From NCBI GenBank assembly GCA_000175855.1, contig ACYB01000007.1, positions 30,001-62,000 of the forward strand: a DNA stretch of 32,000 bases, written 5' to 3'. The stretch's first letter is position 1, and every line of letters starts with the position of its first letter. The notes beneath the pieces are model-generated. The model made no database searches. It had not been told where the DNA came from and saw only the letters and a program-made list of their open reading frames with translations. The DNA is from Raphidiopsis brookii D9 (GTDB lineage: Bacteria; Cyanobacteriota; Cyanobacteriia; Cyanobacteriales; Nostocaceae). Made by a program: the position numbers and the translations under genes. Below, piece after piece: positions 1 through 9,960 of the stretch.

Positions 1-770
1 GAATGCCTGAAAAAAGAACCACGTACATACAACAGTGTTCAATTAGCTCAAAAGTTAGAGACGGAACGCTCGGTTAAACTAAGTCCCGATAGGTTAAGAC
101 GGGTACTAAAAAAAAGGGGATCATTTGGAAAAGAACCAGAAAAAGCCACAAAGGAAAACAAGACCCAGAAAGTAAACAAATCAAGCAAGCAGACCTAGAT
201 ATGTTGGAATTATCCGCTGCTGGGGGAGAAATAGACTTGAAATATTTAGATGAATCAGGTTTTTGTATGTGGAGTGAACCGAGTTATACATATTACCAAA
301 GAGGGGAGCAAAAAAACTTAGAGCAAACAAAACGCCGTGGTCGAAGACTAAGTATTATTGGTCTTCTTCAACCCTTAATTAGTTTTGTTTACGGTTTAGT
401 AATTGGGGGGGTGAATCGCAAATCTTATATTGAAATGATGGAGCATGAAGCCGAAGAAGCAGAAAAACTGGGACGTATAAGAGTAATAGTACAGGATAAT
501 GGTCCAATACATCAATGCAAAGAAGTGAGAAAGTTATGGTCAAAATGGGAGAGTCAGAATTTATACATTTTCTTTCTGCCCAAATATTGCTCTGAGATGA
601 ATCCAATTGAATTAGAGTGGAAACACCTTAAAAAAGATGAGATATCGGGAAAAATGTTTGAAGATGAGTTAGAGCTTGCTTATGCCGTAATGGATGGAGT
701 AAACGCTAGGGGAAAAAGAAATAAGCATAGTACAGAACGTATTAAATTTAACAACTCTTGCCTTTCTTAA
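1..770 (+). mobile_element. IS630 family (ISY100-like) insertion sequence, partial at the left window edge; transposase in two frames joined by a likely -1 frameshift at A8G4 (108-119)
   Basis: Frame 1 reads ...KLSPDRLRRVLKKRGSFG... to a stop near 198. Frame 3 continues ...GIIWKRTRKSHKGKQDPESKQIKQADLDMLEL... into ORF 201-770, with LDESGF, QDNGPIHQ and LPKYCSEMNPIEL(E)W..KK DDE motifs. A -1 slip on AAAAAAAAGGGG gives LKKKGIIWKRTRKS, the expected family reading. Confidence 0.88.
201..770 (+). CDS. IS630 family transposase, C-terminal DDE domain (second frame)
   Basis: ORF track; D(ESGF), D(NGPIHQ) and LPxYxxxMNPIE motifs. Confidence 0.88.
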   Translation: MLELSAAGGEIDLKYLDESGFCMWSEPSYTYYQRGEQKNLEQTKRRGRRLSIIGLLQPLISFVYGLVIGGVNRKSYIEMMEHEAEEAEKLGRIRVIVQDNGPIHQCKEVRKLWSKWESQNLYIFFLPKYCSEMNPIELEWKHLKKDEISGKMFEDELELAYAVMDGVNARGKRNKHSTERIKFNNSCLS

Positions 771-825
771 CCTTTCGTTACATAGCTATAAATTTCCCAG
801 CCGACTTACTTAATTCAAGATAATC

Positions 826-1614
826 ATGGATTCAATTGTACAGACAAAGACTGCAAAATCGGAAGAATTTATTACGGTCAAAGGGTTGTGTAAGTCCTTT
901 GCTGGACAACCTGTATACAAAAACTTTGACCTCAACCTAGACAATCATCAATTGGTCTCAATTTTTGGACCTAATGGGTGTGGTAAATCTACTTTAATCA
1001 ATATGATGAGTGGTTTAATTCCCCTGGATAAAGGTGAAATCAGAATCCATGGTAAACCTATTCACCGGACTCGGATTGGCTATGTATTTCAAAATTACCG
1101 AGACTCTCTTTTTCCCTGGATGAGCGCCTACGATAATATTGCCTATCCACTTCGTGTTAAAGGTATTTCTGAACGGGAGTGTCGTCATTCTGTAGAGCAT
1201 TTAATTGAGACTTTCAATATTTGTTTAGATCTAAAACGATATCCCTATAGTTTTTCTGGTGGACAGCAGCAGTTAGTTTCAATTCTCAGAGCGTTAGTTG
1301 CCCAACCGGAGGTGCTATTTTTAGATGAACCATTTTCAGCTTTAGACTTTGAAACTACCTTATTTGTACGGGATAAATTGCAAGAAATTTTCATGGCTAG
1401 TACCATTCCCATGTTGATGGTTGTACATAACCTAGAAGAGGCTATCTTTTTGGCTGATAAGATTTTATTATTAAGTAAACGTCCAACCCAGGTGGTTGAA
1501 ATGGTGAGCTTTGATGCTCCTCGACCTCGTACACCTGAAACCCTGACTTCTCGTAATTTTGTAGAAGTCAGTCGTTATTGTTTAGATATTTTTCGTCAGG
1601 AAATGCAAAAATGA
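826..1614 (+). CDS. ABC transporter ATP-binding protein, nitrate/sulfonate/taurine (SsuB/TauB/NrtD-like) family
   Basis: Walker A GPNGCGKST, signature SFSGGQQQLVSI, Walker B VLFLDEPFSAL, H-loop VVHNLEEA. Confidence 0.93.
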   Translation: MDSIVQTKTAKSEEFITVKGLCKSFAGQPVYKNFDLNLDNHQLVSIFGPNGCGKSTLINMMSGLIPLDKGEIRIHGKPIHRTRIGYVFQNYRDSLFPWMSAYDNIAYPLRVKGISERECRHSVEHLIETFNICLDLKRYPYSFSGGQQQLVSILRALVAQPEVLFLDEPFSALDFETTLFVRDKLQEIFMASTIPMLMVVHNLEEAIFLADKILLLSKRPTQVVEMVSFDAPRPRTPETLTSRNFVEVSRYCLDIFRQEMQK

Positions 1615-2420
1615 ATTTCCCATTTTCCATCAAGAACAAAAATTCAAACTCTGCTTTAAACTCCGATTTAATCCTGAACCGTTGTTTACCTTTAACTGGT
1701 GTTCTATTGTTTTTTGGATTGTGGTGGTTTATTGCTGTATCAGGATTTGTGAATCCTGTTTTGCTACCAACTCCCTTAGCAACAGTCCAAACCTTGATTG
1801 AGGGATTGTTTGGTGGTTCCATGTTCTCTGATTTAGCTACTACAGTTTTACGAACATTTAGCGCCTTTTTTCTAGCTACCTTATTTGGCATTCCCCTGGG
1901 TGTGGGATTGGGAAGTTCTGAAAAAATCTATCGTAGTGTGGAGTTTCTAATTGAGTTTTTTAGGTCTACACCTGCTAGTGCATTGATTCCCTTGTTTATT
2001 CTCTTTTTTGGCATCAGTGATTTTTCTAAGGTGGTAATTGCTGGATTTAGTGCTTTTTTATTAATTATTTTTAATAGTGCTTACGGAGTAATTCATGCCA
2101 AACAATCTCGGATTTTAGCTGCTAGGGTTATGGGAGCAAATCGTTGGCAAATTTTCAAAGATGTATTATTGTTGGAGAGTTTACCACAAACTTTTATTGG
2201 ACTGCGCAGTGGAATTAGTATTGCTCTTGTGATTGTGATTGTTTCCGAGATGTTTATTGGTAGTCAACAAGGATTAGGAAAGCGTATTATTGATGCTCAA
2301 CAGATTTTAAATGTTCGGGACATGTACGCATCAATTTTAATTACAGGGAGTTTAGGTTACCTGCTGAACATGCTATTTTTAGGACTGGAAAAGCGCCTAA
2401 TACACTGGAGCGGTAAGTAA
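1611..2420 (+). CDS. ABC transporter permease, SsuC/TauC-like (BPD_transp_1)
   Basis: Hydrophobic protein with an EAA-like loop (AARVMGANRWQIFKDVLLLESLPQTFIGLRSGISIAL). Start set at ATG 1611 (ATGA overlap with the ATPase stop) rather than the 1578 ORF start. Confidence 0.92.
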   Translation: MNFPFSIKNKNSNSALNSDLILNRCLPLTGVLLFFGLWWFIAVSGFVNPVLLPTPLATVQTLIEGLFGGSMFSDLATTVLRTFSAFFLATLFGIPLGVGLGSSEKIYRSVEFLIEFFRSTPASALIPLFILFFGISDFSKVVIAGFSAFLLIIFNSAYGVIHAKQSRILAARVMGANRWQIFKDVLLLESLPQTFIGLRSGISIALVIVIVSEMFIGSQQGLGKRIIDAQQILNVRDMYASILITGSLGYLLNMLFLGLEKRLIHWSGK

Positions 2421-2438
2421 TTGTTTGGGGGAGAAACC

Positions 2439-2819
2439 ATGATTGAATTTGCTGTAAATGGCACTTTGATGAGGGGACTAAAATTAAATAATAATTTGCT
2501 GAACGTGGGTGCAGTTTTTGATCGAGAATCTTCCACAGCACCCTGCTATCGTTTATGGTCAATTAAGGATCAATATCCGGGAATGCTTCGTGATCTGGAA
2601 GGAGGTAAATCCATTAGTGTGGAGATTTGGCAAGTTCCTTTAGGGGGAATTGCTGATATTTTAATCCAAGAACCACCAGGGTTGTGTGTGGGTAAAATTG
2701 AGTTGCATGATAAAAAAGTAGTTTTAGGAGTATTAGCAGAGCCCTTTTTGGTAGTAGGACAAAAGGAAATTACTATTTATGGTGGATGGCGAAACTATGA
2801 TCAATCATGTCATCAATAA
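2439..2819 (+). CDS. allophanate hydrolase C-terminal-domain-like protein (AtzF-C / gamma-glutamylcyclotransferase-like fold)
   Basis: MIEFAVNGTLMRGLKLNNNLL...YRLWSIKDQYPGMLR...SISVEIWQVPLGGIADIL..EPPGLCVGKIEL..G..VLGVLAEP resembles the AtzF C-terminal family. ATG 2439 is preferred over TTG 2421. Confidence 0.75.
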   Translation: MIEFAVNGTLMRGLKLNNNLLNVGAVFDRESSTAPCYRLWSIKDQYPGMLRDLEGGKSISVEIWQVPLGGIADILIQEPPGLCVGKIELHDKKVVLGVLAEPFLVVGQKEITIYGGWRNYDQSCHQ

Positions 2820-2824
2820 ATGAT

Positions 2825-4567
2825 CTAGTCAAAAATTGGTAATTTCACCATAACCACTGTTCCTTGACCTAGTTCACTTTCAATTTTCCATTCACCCTTA
2901 TGTCTTTGTATACAAGCTTTGACAATAGCTAGACCCAATCCAGTGCCCCCAATTTCTCCCACATTACTACCTCGATAAAATGGGTTATAGATGTGAGGTT
3001 TATCATGGGGAGAAATGCCAATACCAGAGTCTTGAATTTGCCAAATAATGTTTTGTTCCTCTCGGATAATTCTCAGTTGGACTGGAATTGCACCTGGGGA
3101 ATATTTAATGGCATTATCTAGAAGATTAATTAGAATAGAACGAAGCAATTTTTTATCTAAGAATACTTGGGTTAATTTAGGAGAAAATTCTAACTCAATA
3201 GGGTGATCGGTAGTTAACTGGATTTCTGCTATGATTTCCTGGCAAAAATCTTTTAAATTAAATATCTCAGGTTGAAATTCTAACTCTTGAAATTCGGATC
3301 TGTTTAAAAGTAATAAATCACTAATTTGTCTGCTCATTTGTCGAGCAGTTAGGTTAATACGCTGAATATTAAATTGTTTTTGTATTTCTGTCAGGTGATT
3401 ATAGTTAGTTTGCAGGCTTTCACTAGATAATAAAATAGTACTTAAGGGAGTTCTTAATTCATGGGAAGCCATGGAAAAAAAGCGAAATCTCAATTCACTT
3501 AAACTTTTGGTTTTTTCTAGATCACGATTTAAAATATATAAGAAAAATACCAGACTACTAGTTATTAAACATCCTATAATCAGAGTAGCAAAAGTGGTGT
3601 AGGGTTGTTCTACAGGATAAGCTGGTGATGGAGAAAATTCAATCCTCCATTTTCGTTGGCCCATTTTGAGAGTTTTCTGACAAACTTGAGGATCGGAACA
3701 TAAAAAATAGTGATAGACATTTCTGCTGACTGGTATGGATTGGGTGACAACTGCTTTACGGGTAGCATCATACTGACCTAGAAATTTTTCTCCTGACTTT
3801 CCATGCTGATCTTGGATGATAAAGTTAATACTATATCGCAAGTTTTTTAGGGATTCTTCAACTACGTCTGAAAACCGAAACACACCTACTAAAACTCCCT
3901 TAACCGTGAATCTCACCTTATCTTTAGACTGTGGATCATCCACCACTAAAAAAACTAAAAATCCAAATTGATCGCGTCTTTCTTGTACCAAGCGAATTCT
4001 CCCAGTAGCGGTTATCTTTTTGGTTTTGATAGCTTGACTAATAGCTGTTTTACGAGTAGGATGGGAACTGAGATCATACCCAAAAGCAGACTCATTACCC
4101 TGGAAGGGCACTACATAGGTTACGGGAAAATAATAGGGACGTTTTTGAGCTACTACCAGTTGATTTTGCTGGTTTAATTCCCTAATACGAAAATCTGTGT
4201 ATCCTTCAAGTTGTATTTGTTTTTCATAGGAAAAACGCTCTTTGTGGGGAATCATAGGTGCCCATTCTAAAGCTTGTATCCCAGAATAGATTTGGATTGA
4301 ACGATGGGTAAATTTATGGAAGGATGAACGATCAATGGGCTTTTTATCTTCTTGTATATAATGTGTGGTATAGTAGTCTCCCAAAAATCCTATGATATCA
4401 ATGTAGCGATTTAAACTACGTTGTAAGGCTATAGTTAGATTTTCAGTTTGTCGCTGGAACCGTAATTGCTGATTGGACCTTTCCCAATGACTGATCATCA
4501 GTGTGGCCAATCCCGATAGGGTCACACCCACAACTGATACAATGACTAGGGAGCTATTCTTAACCAT
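2825..4567 (-). CDS. CHASE-domain sensor histidine kinase
   Basis: N-terminal TM, extracytoplasmic CHASE-like region (IQALEWAPMIPHKER, PVTYVVPFQGNESAFGYDL), second TM, H-box MASHELRTPLST, N-box LLDNAIKYSPGAIPV, G-boxes DSGIGIS and GGTGLGLAIVKA. Confidence 0.92.
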   Translation of the reverse strand: MVKNSSLVIVSVVGVTLSGLATLMISHWERSNQQLRFQRQTENLTIALQRSLNRYIDIIGFLGDYYTTHYIQEDKKPIDRSSFHKFTHRSIQIYSGIQALEWAPMIPHKERFSYEKQIQLEGYTDFRIRELNQQNQLVVAQKRPYYFPVTYVVPFQGNESAFGYDLSSHPTRKTAISQAIKTKKITATGRIRLVQERRDQFGFLVFLVVDDPQSKDKVRFTVKGVLVGVFRFSDVVEESLKNLRYSINFIIQDQHGKSGEKFLGQYDATRKAVVTQSIPVSRNVYHYFLCSDPQVCQKTLKMGQRKWRIEFSPSPAYPVEQPYTTFATLIIGCLITSSLVFFLYILNRDLEKTKSLSELRFRFFSMASHELRTPLSTILLSSESLQTNYNHLTEIQKQFNIQRINLTARQMSRQISDLLLLNRSEFQELEFQPEIFNLKDFCQEIIAEIQLTTDHPIELEFSPKLTQVFLDKKLLRSILINLLDNAIKYSPGAIPVQLRIIREEQNIIWQIQDSGIGISPHDKPHIYNPFYRGSNVGEIGGTGLGLAIVKACIQRHKGEWKIESELGQGTVVMVKLPIFD

Positions 4568-4584
4568 GGATAATATGATATAAT

Positions 4585-5325
4585 TTATATTTGATACACA
4601 TTAAATAACCCATTTATTAATAGCTCATATCCTTGATCCACAATAGATCTTCCCCGGAGAAAGCCAATATGAGCACCTGGACAGATGTATTGTAGTGTGT
4701 CAGGAGAAAAGCGATCGCATAGTTTAGTAAGACTTTTGAGTTGTCTAGGCCAATGGAAAGTTGTTGGAGTGCGAAATGGTGCTAGTTGAGCTTGGGGATT
4801 AGGGACTAAATGTCTTCCGGAAAATAAAATTCCTCCAAATTCGCGATAGTATAGACAAGAGGATCCTGGGGAATGACCTGGAGTCCAGATTAATTGTGTG
4901 GTGTCGTCAAGAGACAGTTCTTGACTAAAGGTGGTGAGAGTTAAACCTGGTAATAAATAGGCTTCCTGCTCTTGAATGACAATTTCACAGTCAAGAGCTT
5001 GTTGAATTTGGGCAACCTTACCTATAGCACCCCGATGACTAATAAACAACCAACGTACCGCACCCTTTTGCAGGTAAGTCTGATTCCCAGCTATTTGTTC
5101 CCACGCGGGACAGTCAATGAGGATATTACCCCCATTCCTGACAATCAAATAGGAGGTTCCACCCAAAGTTTCCCGATTTGGGGGAAAGGCTAAAATTTTG
5201 GTCGACCTTTGGGGATTGGTAAATTTTGTATCTGGTGATACTGTTGCCTCCTCCTCTGGGTCTTGAGATAGTATAATTTGTGGAGGTTTTATTGTATTAC
5301 TAGATGTTGGAGACGTTAAAGACAT
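4585..5325 (-). CDS. MBL-fold metallo-hydrolase-like protein with degenerate metal-binding motifs
   Basis: LFISHRGAIGKVAQIQ at the HxHxDH position, TPGHSPGSSCLYY, ILFSGRHLVP. Confidence 0.75.
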   Translation of the reverse strand: MSLTSPTSSNTIKPPQIILSQDPEEEATVSPDTKFTNPQRSTKILAFPPNRETLGGTSYLIVRNGGNILIDCPAWEQIAGNQTYLQKGAVRWLFISHRGAIGKVAQIQQALDCEIVIQEQEAYLLPGLTLTTFSQELSLDDTTQLIWTPGHSPGSSCLYYREFGGILFSGRHLVPNPQAQLAPFRTPTTFHWPRQLKSLTKLCDRFSPDTLQYICPGAHIGFLRGRSIVDQGYELLINGLFNVYQI

Positions 5326-5470
5326 AGGTTGAATAACGATCTTAAAAATAATTAAGAGTAATTATACTGGACTAGTCGTGTTCATTAATCAATTTCAAAT
5401 ATAGATCATTTGGGTCCAATATTTCTGACAAATCCTGAACCTCCCAAACTCTGAAAAAATCCGAAAAAAT

Positions 5471-6952
5471 ATGACATCTTGGTTTCTAGTGTTATTGGGA
5501 CTGTTTACCTATGTTATAGTGAGAAGTGTTCTTTCTCATATAACCCGCGTTCCGGTCTGGTTATTATGGTTGATATTAATGGCCCCAGCAATTATTTGGG
5601 AACTTTGGACAATTATCTATGGTCCAACCCAATCACCGCCATTAGTATTCATTGTTGCGTGTGTATTTTTAAGTGCGTTCTTATGTTGGATTTTCTTTAT
5701 TTCTGGAAACAGAGGACAAACAAATAGAGACACCCAAGCTGAGAATGCTGAGAATAGAGAGTCAACATCAATAAGTAATAGCGAGCCACAGCAGTCACCA
5801 GTGAGACCAATTGAAATAGCAGAAGAGACAAATCTGAGAAATTGTTTTCCTTGGTCCTTATATTATATTCATAGTATTGAGTATAGACCTCAAGCAGTAA
5901 TATGTCGTGGACAGTTACGAGGTAATCCCCAGGAAACCTATCAGCAGATTAAGACCAATATTGAAAGAGAATTTACGGACCGCTTTTTGGTCATTTTTCA
6001 AGAAGGAGCAGATGGCAAACCATTCTTTGTTCTAATTCCCAACAAACAGGGGAATAGACAAGAGAGACAAAAAGACAATTTACGTCAAGGTTTCACAGCA
6101 TTAACACTATTAATACTCACCCTAGTTACCACTACTGGGATAGGTGTACAAATTGCCGGAATTCAAGCGGGAAGATTACAAGCTGACTGGTCTTTGATCA
6201 TTCATGGTTTACCCTACGCTTTGGGGTTAATGACCATTTTAGGTATCCATGAGTTGGGTCACTATTTTACCGCTAAGTTGTATAGAATCAATTCCACCTT
6301 ACCCTATTTTATTCCCGTACCTTTTTTCTTGGGGACATTTGGAGCATTTATTCAAATTAAAAGTCCTATCCCCAACCGAAAAGCTCTATTTGACGTGGGT
6401 ATAGCAGGTCCATTGGCTGGTTTTTTGGCAACTTTACCTTTACTATTGTGGGGTTTAGCCAATTCAGAAATTGTGACTATTAGTCAACAAACAGGAATTT
6501 TAAATCCTGATGCTCTAAATCCTCGCTATTCAATATTATTGGCCTTGCTGTCTAAATTGGCATTGGGTAACCAATTAACAGCTACATCAGCCTTAGATTT
6601 ACATCCTATAGCCGTAGCGGGACTTTTAGGTTTAATAGTCACAGCCTTAAATTTAATGCCCGTGGGTCAATTGGATGGTGGTCATATTGTTCATGCCATG
6701 TTTGGTCAGAGAACTGCCATGTTAATTGGGCAACTTTCTCGATTTTTTCTATTGATTCTTTCTTTCATCAGACAAGAGTTTTTATTCTGGGCAATTATGT
6801 TATTGTTTATTCCTCTAGTTGATGAGCCAGCTCTAAATGATATTACAGAACTAGACAACAAAAGAGATTTTTTAGGATTGATGGCAATAGCTTTATTATT
6901 AGTAATTGTCCTCCCCATTCCTGACTTCTTTGCCCGTATTTTACAGATTTAA
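5471..6952 (+). CDS. site-2 protease family (M50) membrane metalloprotease, EGY-like
   Basis: GIHELGHYFTAKLY (HExxH), ALNLMPVGQLDGGHIVHAMFG, multiple TMs, cyanobacterial/plastid-type soluble N-terminal domain. Confidence 0.9.
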   Translation: MTSWFLVLLGLFTYVIVRSVLSHITRVPVWLLWLILMAPAIIWELWTIIYGPTQSPPLVFIVACVFLSAFLCWIFFISGNRGQTNRDTQAENAENRESTSISNSEPQQSPVRPIEIAEETNLRNCFPWSLYYIHSIEYRPQAVICRGQLRGNPQETYQQIKTNIEREFTDRFLVIFQEGADGKPFFVLIPNKQGNRQERQKDNLRQGFTALTLLILTLVTTTGIGVQIAGIQAGRLQADWSLIIHGLPYALGLMTILGIHELGHYFTAKLYRINSTLPYFIPVPFFLGTFGAFIQIKSPIPNRKALFDVGIAGPLAGFLATLPLLLWGLANSEIVTISQQTGILNPDALNPRYSILLALLSKLALGNQLTATSALDLHPIAVAGLLGLIVTALNLMPVGQLDGGHIVHAMFGQRTAMLIGQLSRFFLLILSFIRQEFLFWAIMLLFIPLVDEPALNDITELDNKRDFLGLMAIALLLVIVLPIPDFFARILQI

Positions 6953-6998
6953 TCTAGGGAGGATGTTTTTAAAAACCTTGTTGTTTCCCTAACTGTAC

Positions 6999-7031
6999 AA
7001 AGCCCACCGATGTTATACATCGGTGGGCTTT
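6999..7031. terminator. bidirectional intrinsic-terminator-like hairpin between convergent genes
   Basis: 15-bp perfect inverted repeat AAAGCCCACCGATGT-TAT-ACATCGGTGGGCTTT with A/T flanks, between the stops at 6952 and 7051. Confidence 0.85.
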
Positions 7032-7050
7032 ATCAAGAAATCCCTATTTC

Positions 7051-8844
7051 CTACCTTTGTTTTGCCAGCTTCTTCACCATCTTACGTAAACGTATGGACT
7101 GGGGTGTCACTTCTACTAGCTCATCTGAACTAATGTACTCCAATGCCCTTTCTAAACTCATTTCTACTGGTGTTTGTAACTGCACAAGTTCATCCCCACC
7201 CGATGCCCGGTGGTTAGTTAATTGCTTAGTTTTACAAACATTCAGTTCCAAGTCTTGAGGACGATTATGCTCACCCACAATCATACCTTTATAGACTTTG
7301 GTTCCAGGATGAATAAAGAACACACCACGGTCTTCCGCGTTTTTCATAGCGTAAAATGTAGAAACACCTTCTTCAAAGGCAATTAACACACCTTTGTTGC
7401 GGGCTTCAATTTCTCCAGAAAGGGGGCGATAGTCCAGGAAACTGTGGTTCATGATACCTTCACCACGGGTCATGCGCATAAATTCTCCCCGGAACCCAAT
7501 TAAACCACGAGCAGGAATCACAAATTCTAATTGGGTGCGATCGCCTGCTCTTGGTTGCATATCTTGCATTTCTCCTCGACGTTGTCCCAGACGTTCTATA
7601 CAGCTACCAACAGCATCAGCGGGAACGTCTAATACTAACAGTTCGTAGGGTTCACAAGGTTGACCGTTAACTTCTCGGTAGATTACTTGAGGTTGGGAAA
7701 CCTGGAATTCATATCCTTCTCGACGCATGGTTTCGATCAAGATCCCCAAGTGCAGTTCACCTCGACCAGATACGTGGAACTTATCGGGAGAATCTGTTTC
7801 TTCCACCCTTAAAGCTACGTTAGTTTCTAGTTCCCGGAACAGGCGATCGCGCACTTGACGAGATGTCACCAGTTTACCTTCCTGTCCAGCAAAGGGTGAA
7901 TCATTTACCCAGAAGGTCATCTGTAGGGTTGGTTCATCCACTTTAATGAGTGGTAATGCCTGGGGTTCATTAGGATCTGTAATAGTTTCCCCAATATAAG
8001 CATCCGCGAAACCAGCTACCGCCACAATATAGCCAGCAGAAGCTTCTTCTAGTTCTACTCGCTTTAAGCCTTCAAATCCCATCAGTTTAGAAATTTTAGA
8101 CTTGACAATATTACCAGTTTCTGTTACCAAAGCTGCCTGTTGTCCAGCGCGAATAGTACCGTTGTGGATTCTACCAATTACAATCCGTCCCAGATATTCA
8201 GAATAGTCCAGGGTGGTAACTTGGAGTTGGAGTGGTTTGAGGGGGTCACCCACAGGTGCGGGAACGTGGCGTAAGATGGACTCAAACAAGGGTTCCATGT
8301 CTACGGATTCTGCTTCCAGGGTTTCTTTAGCATAACCAGCCATTCCCGATGCGAATAGATAGGGAAAATCACACTGATCATCATCTGCACCTAATTCCAG
8401 GAACAGGTCTAAAACCTTATCAACAGCAACATGGGGATCAGCTTTAGCGCGGTCGATTTTATTAATTACCACAATGGGACGTAAGCCCTTTTCCAAAGCC
8501 TTTTTCAACACAAATCTGGTTTGAGGCATTGGTCCTTCATTAGCATCAACAATTAGTATACAGCCATCGACCATGCCCAGAACCCGTTCCACCTCTCCAC
8601 CAAAGTCAGCGTGACCGGGAGTGTCTACAATATTGATTAGGGTATCTTTATACTTAACCGCAGTATTCTTGGAAAGAATAGTAATGCCTCGCTCTCTCTC
8701 CAGGTCATTGGAGTCCATGACACAATCCGGAACGTCTTCGCCTTCGCGGAAAATGCCGGACTGTTTCAGAAGAGCATCAACCAGGGTGGTTTTGCCGTGG
8801 TCAACGTGGGCGATAATGGCGACGTTACGAATTGGGAGCGTCAT
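7051..8844 (-). CDS. typA: translational GTPase TypA/BipA
   Basis: [42 protein letters not shown]; 597 aa; C-terminal [22 protein letters not shown]. Confidence 0.98.
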   Translation of the reverse strand: MTLPIRNVAIIAHVDHGKTTLVDALLKQSGIFREGEDVPDCVMDSNDLERERGITILSKNTAVKYKDTLINIVDTPGHADFGGEVERVLGMVDGCILIVDANEGPMPQTRFVLKKALEKGLRPIVVINKIDRAKADPHVAVDKVLDLFLELGADDDQCDFPYLFASGMAGYAKETLEAESVDMEPLFESILRHVPAPVGDPLKPLQLQVTTLDYSEYLGRIVIGRIHNGTIRAGQQAALVTETGNIVKSKISKLMGFEGLKRVELEEASAGYIVAVAGFADAYIGETITDPNEPQALPLIKVDEPTLQMTFWVNDSPFAGQEGKLVTSRQVRDRLFRELETNVALRVEETDSPDKFHVSGRGELHLGILIETMRREGYEFQVSQPQVIYREVNGQPCEPYELLVLDVPADAVGSCIERLGQRRGEMQDMQPRAGDRTQLEFVIPARGLIGFRGEFMRMTRGEGIMNHSFLDYRPLSGEIEARNKGVLIAFEEGVSTFYAMKNAEDRGVFFIHPGTKVYKGMIVGEHNRPQDLELNVCKTKQLTNHRASGGDELVQLQTPVEMSLERALEYISSDELVEVTPQSIRLRKMVKKLAKQR

Positions 8845-9371
8845 AGAGAGCCTTTAGTGAGTTTTTGAGTTTTTATATTTGAGAACTAGATATGGGGCTT
8901 GCATATCAGAAATGGGGGTCTTTTGCCAGCTCTGTAACAAACCTTTAATAATTCTAACTCAATTGTCACGAATATTGTTTTTGCGATCGGAAATTCATTG
9001 AAAATATCAATGCTTTTTTGTGTAAGCACTAATATAAGGGCTCTAAAGAAAAATAATAAGTATTGGCTATACTATAGCAAAATATATATGTGAAACTAAA
9101 TCGTATACACGCTTGGAATAAATCCATCTATTTTAAACTAACCATTCCTGGTTAAGTAAAATTGCACCTCATTTCCCAAAAAAGCTGGGGATATTATTGG
9201 CGATCCTATTTTTTTATATCTGGGGAACTATAAGTACGGTAATCATCATTAAATAAGTGAGGGAGCCGAATTTACATCTTTTTTAACTAGGAATAACATA
9301 ATAGTCAAAGGGTTGATAAAACTCTTGCAATCACTAAACAAACTACTAATAAATTGACAGAGGAATCGGTT

Positions 9372-9821
9372 ATGGCACTAATTCGTTACAGTCCTTGGAA
9401 AGAAATAGAAACCCTAGAACGGAATTTGAACCAATTGTTGGGTGATTTTGTACCTACTAGCTTAAAGGATTTAAATACTGTGGCTAGGGTTCCAGCAGCA
9501 GAAATGACTGAAACTGAGGACGCAATTGTTCTCAAGTTAGAAATTCCTGGTATGGAAGCTAAAGACCTGGATATTCAAGTTACGGAGGATTCAGTTTCGA
9601 TTACCGGAGAAAGGAAGTCTCAAACTGCTGTTGAAGGAAAAAACAAAACCAAGACTGAGTTTTATTATGGTCAATTCCACCGAGTTGTTTCCCTTCCCAT
9701 ACCTGTTCAAAATACCAATGTTACTGCTGATTACAAAGATGGTATTTTGCACCTGACTTTGCCCAAATTGGTAGAAGAAAAAAGCAAAGTGGTGAAAGTT
9801 AGTTTAGGTAGTAATTCCTAG
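9372..9821 (+). CDS. hspA: Hsp20/alpha-crystallin family small heat shock protein
   Basis: LIRYSPWKEIETLERNLNQL..., alpha-crystallin domain (ETEDAIVLKLEIPGMEAKDLDIQVTEDSVSITGERK ... FHRVVSLPIPV ... ADYKDGILHLTLPK). ATG 9372 preceded by AGAGGA. Confidence 0.93.
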   Translation: MALIRYSPWKEIETLERNLNQLLGDFVPTSLKDLNTVARVPAAEMTETEDAIVLKLEIPGMEAKDLDIQVTEDSVSITGERKSQTAVEGKNKTKTEFYYGQFHRVVSLPIPVQNTNVTADYKDGILHLTLPKLVEEKSKVVKVSLGSNS

Positions 9822-9844
9822 TTCCCAATTCCTAGTTCTTAGTT

Positions 9845-9883
9845 AAAATACCCCCAGGTTCTGATGGAAGCTGGGGGTATTTT
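9845..9883 (+). terminator. intrinsic terminator downstream of the hsp20 gene
   Basis: 13-bp perfect inverted repeat AAAATACCCCCAG ... CTGGGGGTATTTT ending in a T-run. Confidence 0.8.
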
Positions 9884-9960
9884 AGTTTGTGTTTTCCCTA
9901 CTTGTCTGCTAAACCAGTATAATTACCTCAAGTTTTTAAAAATGTCAGCGTCCTAACCTT

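Noticed and set aside
1568-1891. 107-aa minus-strand ORF
   Set aside because: Fully antisense to the ABC permease and lacking any recognisable domain; typical shadow ORF.
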